Origin: the human T2T-CHM13v2.0 reference genome, Homo sapiens
Length of the DNA: 64,000 nt
NCBI RefSeq assembly: GCF_009914755.1
Contig: NC_060943.1
Strand: one strand, 5' to 3'
A program made the translations under genes and the position numbers. The notes under the pieces are model-generated. The model saw only the letters and a list, made by a program, of their open reading frames with translations, searched no databases and was not told the origin of the DNA. Each line of letters begins with the position of its first letter. Position 1 is the first letter of the stretch. Of this stretch, positions 1 to 64,000 are shown piece after piece.

Positions 1-121
1 AGCTTACGCCTATAATCCCAGCACTTTGGGAGGCCGAGGCAGGAGGATCAGGAGGTCAGGAGTTTGAGACCAGACTAACCAACATGGTGAAACCCCGTCT
101 CTACTAAAAATACAAAAATTA

Positions 122-386
<265 letters not shown>

Positions 387-788
387 TCAGAGGAAAACGG
401 GCTCCTCTCTGTGTAAGTCCCAGCGGGGCATTTCCTGGCCATGTGAGCCATCTGAGTGTCAGTGCTTGGGGCTACATCTGCGCAGAACCAGACATCTTTA
501 GACATTCTCATGACTCATTGCACTGGTACCCACAGGTCTGTTCTTTTATCTCTGATCCCACTTTGACCAGGCAATTAGAACTGCCGCCGCTGACCCAACA
601 GGACAGCAGCATCTCACCTCCTATTTGTCAACCCCATTGGTGGTCTGTGCAACAAGAACCACCCATGAGCCCCTGTGCTACTAACAAAAGAGTTGGGTGG
701 GAACTTCTGAGCTATGCAAAAGATTAAAATCTCAACTGCAAACAACTGTTTTGTTAAGTCTCATTTTACCATCTGGTTTAGGTCAGCA

Positions 789-835
789 GGTGCCTGTCCA
801 GGGACCCAGTTGGGTGCCTGTCCAGGGACCCAGTT
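789..835 (+). repeat. 24-bp tandem duplication
   Basis: GGTGCCTGTCCAGGGACCCAGTTG + GGTGCCTGTCCAGGGACCCAGTT. Confidence 0.95.
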
Positions 836-1012
836 CCTCCAAGTAAAATTCAAGTGTCACGTCCTAAGACCTTCTTGTTGACAAAGGAATGTTGGTTTTT
901 GAGGGCAGCCTGAAATAACATCCTCTCTTGGGGAATCTGATGAAGTTTGCCAAATTAAATGCAGAAATTATAAGATAATCCTTGAATGAATAAAATTCAC
1001 TGCAAATAGTAA

Positions 1013-1343
<331 letters not shown>

Positions 1344-2112
1344 TAAAAATAATTCTTAGAAATTACCAGGCCCAGTGGCTCTCACCTGTAATCCCAGCAC
1401 ATTAGGAGGCCAAGGCAGGAGGATCACTTGAGCCCAGGAGTTCAAGACCATCCTGGGCAACATACTGAAACATCCATCTCTACAAAAAAATTTAATTAAT
1501 TAGCCAGGAGTGGCCGGGCGCAGTGGTTCACGCCTGTAATCCCAGCACTTTGGGAGGCTGAGGCGGAGGGATCACTTGCGGTCAGAAGTTCGAGACCTGC
1601 CTGGCCAACATGGTGAAACCCTGTCTCTACTAAAAATGCAAAAAATTAGCTGGACTTAGTGGTGGGCACCTGTGATCCCAGCTACTCAGGAGGCTGAGGC
1701 AAGAGAATCTCTTAAACTCAGGAGATGAAGGTTGCAGTGAGCCAGGATCGCACTACTGCACTTCAGCCTGGGCAACAGAGTGAGACTCCATCACACACAC
1801 ACACACAAAAAGCCAGGAGTGGTAGCACATGCCTGCAGTTCCAGATACTCAGGAAGTTGAGGCAGAAGGATTTCTTGAGCACAAGAGTTCAAGACTGCAG
1901 TGAGCCAAGATTACACCACCGTACTCCAGCCTGGGCTACAGAGCAAGATACTGTCTTATAAAGAAAAAAAAAAAATTGGCCAGGCGCGATGGCTCACACC
2001 TGTAATCCCGGCACTTTGGGAGCCTGAGGTGGGTGGATCACGAGGTCAGGAGATCGAGACCATCCTGGCTAATACGGTGAAACCCCGTCTCTACTAAAAA
2101 TACAAAAAATTA

Positions 2113-2283
<171 letters not shown>

Positions 2284-2976
2284 TTAAAATTCTCAGAAAT
2301 TTAAGCCATTTGGTGCCATGGAGGAACACCAACTAGAGAGGACCACATCAAGTTCAGCAGGCTCAAAGTCCCCTTAGCCACACCCTTTTGGCCCTCACAG
2401 TCTCAGTTTTCCCCACTTTACTAAATATATATATACATATTTTTTTTTTCGAGATGGAGTCTTGCTCTGTCCCCCTGGCTGGAGTGCAGTGCAGTGGTGT
2501 GATCTCAGCTCACTGCAACCTCTGCCTCCTGAGTTCAAGCTATTCTCCTGCCTCAGCCTCCCGAGTAGCTGAGATCTTAGGCATGTACCACCATGCCTGG
2601 CTAATTTTTGTATTTTTAGTCAGGCTAAATTATATTGATCAGGCTAGTCTCGAACTCCTGATCTCAAGTGATCCGCCCGTCTCAGCCTCCCAACATGCTG
2701 GGATTACAGGCGTGAGCCACCGCGCCCAGTCTACAATAAATTCTTACACATAGCTGTCATTTCCTGCATACTTATTCCGTGCCAGGTGCTGTCCTAAGTA
2801 CACTGCATGCATTAGCTCAGTTCTCCCACAACCCTGTGAGGTAGGTACTTTATCATCCCCTTTTTACAGAGAAGGAAGCTGAGCCTCAGAGGTCACCAGC
2901 CTCCTAAGTGGCAGAGTCAGGGCTGTCTGATGCTATGCTATACACTATACTGTATTACACTCTTCCCTAGTACTTA

Positions 2977-3328
<352 letters not shown>

Positions 3329-3471
3329 TTATGGGAGTGTAAATTGGGATGACCACACTGGAAAATTGTTTGACATTTGCTACTAAAGAATATATGTGGG
3401 CCAGGTGCCGTGGCTCATGCCTGTAATCCCAACACTTTGGGTGGCCGAGGTGGGTGGATCACTTGAGGTCA

Positions 3472-3678
<207 letters not shown>

Positions 3679-4799
3679 TCAAAAAAAAAAGAAAATATGC
3701 ATGCAACTTATGATCCAGAAATTCCAACTCTAGGTAGATACACAACAGAAATGCATACATCTATTTACTATAAAACAGGAATCAGAATATTCACAGCTGC
3801 ACTATTCAAAATAGCGTGGCCAAATGCGGTGGCTCACGACAGTAATCCCAACACTTAGGGACGCAGAGGTAGGAGGATCGTTTGAGCCCAGGTGTTGAGA
3901 CCAGCCTGTGCAACATAGTGAGACCCCATCTCTGAAAACCAAAAAAAAAAAAAAAAAGCCTCTAACTAGAAAGTACCCAAATGCCAATCCACTATAGAAC
4001 AAATGAGTGTGAATGGTGGTATATTCACACAATAGAAAATTGCACACAATGAAAATTAACACATTGCTATTATGTGCAACAACATGGATAAATGTCACAA
4101 AAATATTATTGAGCAAAGAAAACTAGACACAAATACTGTATCATTCCATTTTATTTGTATTTATTTATTTTTTTCCTGAGACTGTGTTTTGCTCTTTCGC
4201 CTAGGCTGGAGTGAAGTGGCAAGATCTCTGCTCACTGCAACCTCCACTCACCGGGTTCAAGTGATTCCCCTGCCTCAGCCTTCTGAGTAGCTGGGATTAC
4301 AGGCGCGTGCCACCATGCCTGGCTAATTTTTTGTAATTTTAGTAGAGATGGGGTTTCACCATGTTGGCCAGGCTGGTCCTGAACTCTTGACCTCAGGTGA
4401 TCCACCTGCTTTGGTCTCCCAAAGTGTTAGGATTACAAGCGTGAGCCACCACCACGCCCAGCCTCCATTTTATATAAAGTACAAAATAGACAAAACTAAC
4501 CCATTATGGGGTTATTGCTTCTGGGATTCTGGAAATTTTCTATTTCTTGATCTACTTGTTACACAGATATGCTTACTTTGTGAAAATACGCAGAACCAGG
4601 CCAGTGTGGTGGTTTGTGCCTGTAATCCCAGCTACTCAGGAGGCTGAGACGGGAGATTGGCTTGACCTCAGGAGCTGAAGATCAGCCTGGGCAACATAAA
4701 GAGACCTTTTCTCTACAATTAATAAACAAATTAGCTGGACATGATGGTGCCCGCCTGTAGTCTTAGCTACTTGTGAGGCCGAGTGAGAGGATCACTTGA

Positions 4800-5018
<219 letters not shown>

Positions 5019-5472
5019 TAGGGCCAGGCGCGGTGGCTCATGCCTGTAATCCCAGCACTTTGGGATTGCTGAGGCAGGCGGATCACGAGGTCAGGAGATG
5101 GAGACCATCCTGGCTAACACGGTGAAACCCCATCTCTACTAAAAATACAAAACATTAGCCAGGCATGGTGGCACATGCCTGTAGTCCCAGCAACCCAGGA
5201 AGCTGAGGCAGGAGAATCGCTTGAACCTGGGAGGTGGGGAGGTTGCAGTAGGCTGAGATGGCGCCACTGCACTCCAGCCTGGGTGACAGAGCAAGGCTCC
5301 ATCTCAATAAATAAATAAATTAATTAAATAAACAACAAAAATGCATAGAACCATGTGCTCATGATTTATGCACGTTATTTTTTTTTAATTTTCTTAAATT
5401 TTAGTCCATGTCCTACTGAACATACATGTTATATTTTAAAAAGGAAAATAATGGGCTGGGCGTAGTGGCTCA

Positions 5473-5831
<359 letters not shown>

Positions 5832-7226
5832 TCATTTGAGGTCAGTTCAAGACCAGCCTGACCAACATGATGAAACCCCGTCTCTACTAAAAATGGGAAG
5901 AAACTAGCCAGGTGTGGTGGCAGGTGCCTGTAATCCCAGCTACTCGGGAGGCTGAGGCAGGAGAATCACTTCAACCCAGGAGGCAGAGGTTGCAGTGAGC
6001 AGAGATCGCACCACTGCACTGTAGCCTGTGCAACAGAACAAGACTCGGTCTCAAAAACAACAACAACAAAAACAAAACAAAACAAAAAAAGAGTGATAAC
6101 TGTTTTCAAAGCACATTGGGTGGGTTTCCGTGCATGTTATGAGTGACCATCACACTGCCAGCACCCATGCATGGACCCAGAGGAAGGAATGACACTGGGC
6201 CCAGGTGATTCAGCCCATCTTCCTATCTGCAGTTTCCTCATAAGGTCCTGAGATTTGCACTTTCTTGCATGTCTGAATAAGAAAGCAAGCAAGCCTATAT
6301 TGGCTTATACCTTGCCATAAATATAAATACATAAATAAGAGGCCAGGCACCATGGCTCATACCTGTAATCCCAGTGCTTTGGGAGGCCAAGGCAGGAGTA
6401 TCACTTGAGCCTTGGTGTTCAAGACCAGCCTGGGCAACACAGCAAGACCCCGTCTCTACAAAAAATAGAAAAATTAGCCAGGCTTGGTGGCACATACCTG
6501 TATTCCCAGCTATTCAGAAGGCTAGGTTAGTAGGATTGTTTGAGCCCGGGAGTTCCAGGCTGCATTGCACTCCAGCCTGGGTGACAGACTGAGACCCTGT
6601 CTCTAAAAAATAAATAAATAGAACAGAAAGAAAGGAACGGTTTGTGGGCTGGGTGTGGTGGCTTATGCTTGTAATCCCAGCACTTTGAGAGGCTGAGGTA
6701 GGAGGATCACTGGCACCCAGGAGCTTGAGACCAGCCTGGGCAACACTGCAAAATTGCTTCTTTACAAAAAATACAAGTATTAGCCAGGCATGGTTGTACA
6801 TGTCTGCAGTCCCAGCTACTTGGGAGGCTGGGATGGGAGGACTCCCTGAACCTGGAGAAGTTGAGGCTGCAGTGAGCCATGATCGTGCCACTGCACTCCA
6901 GCGACAGAATGAGACCCTGTCTCAAAAAAAAAGAAAAGAAAAGCTATGTGGTGGCCAGGTGCGGCGGCTCATGCCTGTAATCCCAGCACTATGGGAGGCC
7001 GAGGAGGGCAGATCACTTGAGGTCAGGAGTTTGAGACCAGCCTGGACAACATGGTGAAACCCTGTCTCCACTGAAAAAACAAAAATTAGCCAGGCGTGGT
7101 GGCGCCTGTAATCTCAGCTACTCGGGAGGCTGAGGCAGGAGAATCACTTGAACCCGGGCAGCGGAGGCTGCAGTGAGCCACGATGCCGCCACTCCAGACT
7201 GGGTGCTAGAACAAGACTCAGTCTCA

Positions 7227-7282
7227 AAAATAAAATAAAATAAAATAAAATAAAATAAGATAAACTAAAATAAAATAAAAAA
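7227..7282 (+). repeat. (TAAAA)n microsatellite from an Alu tail
   Basis: direct reading. Confidence 0.9.
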
Positions 7283-7454
7283 GTTATTGGGTGTTCTTTG
7301 CCTATTTTGAAGCTACAAGCTGTAAGAAAATTACGAGTAATATAGAAATAAAATCATGGACTTTGGTGTTTTGTCTGAATATATGAATTTGTCCCCAATC
7401 TTTTTTACTTTCTTTTACTTTTTCTTTTCTTTACTTTTTTTTTTTTTTTCTTGA

Positions 7455-9187
<1,733 letters not shown>

Positions 9188-9442
9188 ACTCATTTATCAA
9201 CATATGTTGCAGATAACTCATGGGGAGTTTAAAATACTCATAGTATTGTCACAGGTTATAGGTTTTTCTGATTACGTATTGCTGTTAATGAATTATCCCA
9301 TATCTTTTTGTTGCTGTTGTTAGAGACAGGGTCTTGCTATGTTGCTCAGGCTGGCCTCTGATTCCTGGGCTCAAGTGATCCTCCTGTTTCACCCTCCCAA
9401 GTACTGTCACTAAACCTGGCTAATTGCTTCATATCTTTTTTA

Positions 9443-9784
<342 letters not shown>

Positions 9785-9849
9785 CTAGACAAAGAAAATA
9801 AACTAAAAAAAAAAAAAAAAAAGAAAATTACAATTAAATTACAATTACA

Positions 9850-11418
<1,569 letters not shown>

Positions 11419-11878
11419 GCGAAGCCCCACGGGGCGAGCATGAAATCTGGGAGCTCAGCCATTTCCCTGGAGGTGGCTGGGTGGGCGGTGGGAGTGGACG
11501 GGGCTGGGCAGTGACTGCTGCCAAGGCAGGGGGCTGGCGCGAGGGACGGGGGTAGGGGGCTGGGCAGGCATCGGTGTCGCCTCGCAGGGAACAGTTGGGT
11601 GGCTTCCAGCTTATGCCAGGAGTCTCCTCCTCACCCGCACATCGCGGGGCTAGGATGGGATGTCGTGGCTGCCAAATCCTCCGAGGCAACTCCTGCCTGG
11701 GACGGCCTACCACAGGATGGGCCTGAGAATCCGGAGCGCAGGCTCGGGCCGCTAGGACACCTTCCCCCGCCCGCGGACCCAGCCTTCCAGCATCACCGGG
11801 GTTCGCGGAGGAGAAAGAGGAAAGGCGTTTGGCCTGCCAAGGCCGCCGTAGCGAGGGGGCGGGGCCCGGAAGAGCAGG

Positions 11879-60842
<48,964 letters not shown>

Positions 60843-61069
60843 TTGAATGCTGCCCTGGCTCGTCCTAGAATCATTTCTCCTCCATGATGGAAGCCCAGTG
60901 ATTGTTCAGTTAACGCATTGTACAGAGTGTATTTATATGTAAATTCCTGCTGTAAAATAATTTTTAAAACCTTGACATTTCAAAGACTGCCTTGAAAGGT
61001 CGCAGAAATTGATTTCTATTTTTAATTTCAGTTAGTATCGGGGGAAAAAAATCCAGACTGAACAGTTTA

Positions 61070-61075
61070 ATTAAA
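61070..61075 (+). terminator. Probable GPATCH1 poly(A) signal ATTAAA
   Basis: About 230 nt after the stop, preceded by a UGUA cluster and followed by a U-rich tract (TTTTTCTATTTTCTTCTTGATTTTT). Further AATAAA at 61479 and 61612. Confidence 0.6.
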
Positions 61076-61675
61076 GTGGAATTTTTCTATTTTCTTCTTG
61101 ATTTTTAAAAAATTTCCTGGGACGTTAAAAAAGAAGTTAAAAGTGAAGGCTTCTCTCTGGTTTTGTGATGAAGACAGCCTGGACTCACTGAAGGACAAGC
61201 GTGTGAGAAGGGGCGGTTGCGGCCCCTCCTGCCGTTTTTTGGGAGTGAAGCTCTTCCCTCTCTGGGTGGCTGGGTTACTGTTGGTGCCCAGGAAGCCCCA
61301 TGGGAGGGCAGAGCCAGGGCCTGGCAGGGGGCCTCAGCCTCTCAGGGTAGATGTCACTAAAGTGTCTGAGACAGGCAGGGAAACCAGGCAGGAGAATGTG
61401 CACCCACAGCCTGGGTTACACGGCTGCAGCTCCCTGCTCTGAGGCCACCTCATGTGTACCAAGGAGACCTTTTTGAAAAATAAAGTGCAGACCAGGTGTG
61501 ATGGCTAATGCCTGTAATCCCAGAGCTTTGGGAGGCCGAGGCGGGAGGATTGCTTGAGCCCAGGAATTCCAGACCAGCCTGGGCCACATAGAGACCCCTG
61601 TCTCCACAAAAAATAAAGTATTGAGCATTTGTATTTTACATTATGAAAGTAGCATCATAGATCACAACAATTTTA

Positions 61676-62014
<339 letters not shown>

Positions 62015-62413
62015 TCACTTTTAGTTTTATCATCCAAAGATGACACCCTTCTTCAATATTTTGAATAATTCCACCCTGTCCTTTTCTAGCTATGGGGCTG
62101 TTATCTGACTGGTGGTAGCATTTTATTCCCTGTCACTGTTGTTGGGGTTGTGACAGATATTTCCCTCATCTATTATAAATGTTGTAAACCCACCCCTAAT
62201 AACTGCATCTTATTTCATGCAGGGGCTACCCCATAACTTACTGACCTTTTCTGTTTTGTCATGAAGTGGGTTGGCCAGGAGCTGTACCCAGGCAGAGGAC
62301 ATGAAGAAATTGCCCTGTGACAGGAGCCAGGGAAACCACAGCGGAGGGCTGGAGGCTGGGGTGCTGGTTTTGCTGGCTCGGCCTGGTTCCCAGAATGCAA
62401 AGCCCATTTTTCT

Positions 62414-63350
<937 letters not shown>

Positions 63351-63537
63351 ACCTGCTGGGGAACCAGGACTCTTCGCTGGGAAGAGGCTCTGCCCCACCA
63401 TGTGACCCCATCTAGACCTTGGAGTCTCCGTAGGTAGGCCCACCCACAGTGATGCTCCTAATTGCAGCCCAAGGGTCGGTGGCTCAGCTCTCCCCGTCCA
63501 GGAGATACAGTTAGCGTCAGAAGAAACGGGAAACTCA

Positions 63538-63999
<462 letters not shown>

Positions 64000-64000
64000 A

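Overview
Alu-saturated primate (almost certainly human, 19q13.11) genomic DNA. It contains the complete GPATCH1 gene on the + strand. I traced 20 coding exons by hand from 11879 to 60842; all introns are GT-AG, phases are consistent, and the CDS is 2796 nt (931 aa plus stop). The CpG-island promoter and first coding exon of the downstream gene WDR88 (62855-63130, +) follow. Most ORFs in the supplied track are Alu translations. The rest of the window is Alu, L1, L2, MIR, LTR and DNA-transposon relics plus simple repeats. The most notable observation is in intron 2 of this spliceosome quality-control gene: two tiny antisense, TSD-flanked, 3'-truncated snRNA retrocopies about 0.8 kb apart (U6 nt 1-28/31 at 20215-20242 and U2 nt 1-35 at 21050-21084). 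Exon 7 also has a weak acceptor, with a better-looking upstream AG whose use would place an in-frame TGA at the first codon (candidate poison/autoregulatory splice). Other oddities are a fold-back repair scar at an inverted-Alu junction, a telomeric G4 inside an L2, a near-zero-spacer inverted Alu pair, an AT expansion inside an Alu linker, a CTCF-like site and a TISU/YY1-like start. Functional interpretations are inference. Repeat subfamily calls and repeat boundaries are by eye and approximate.
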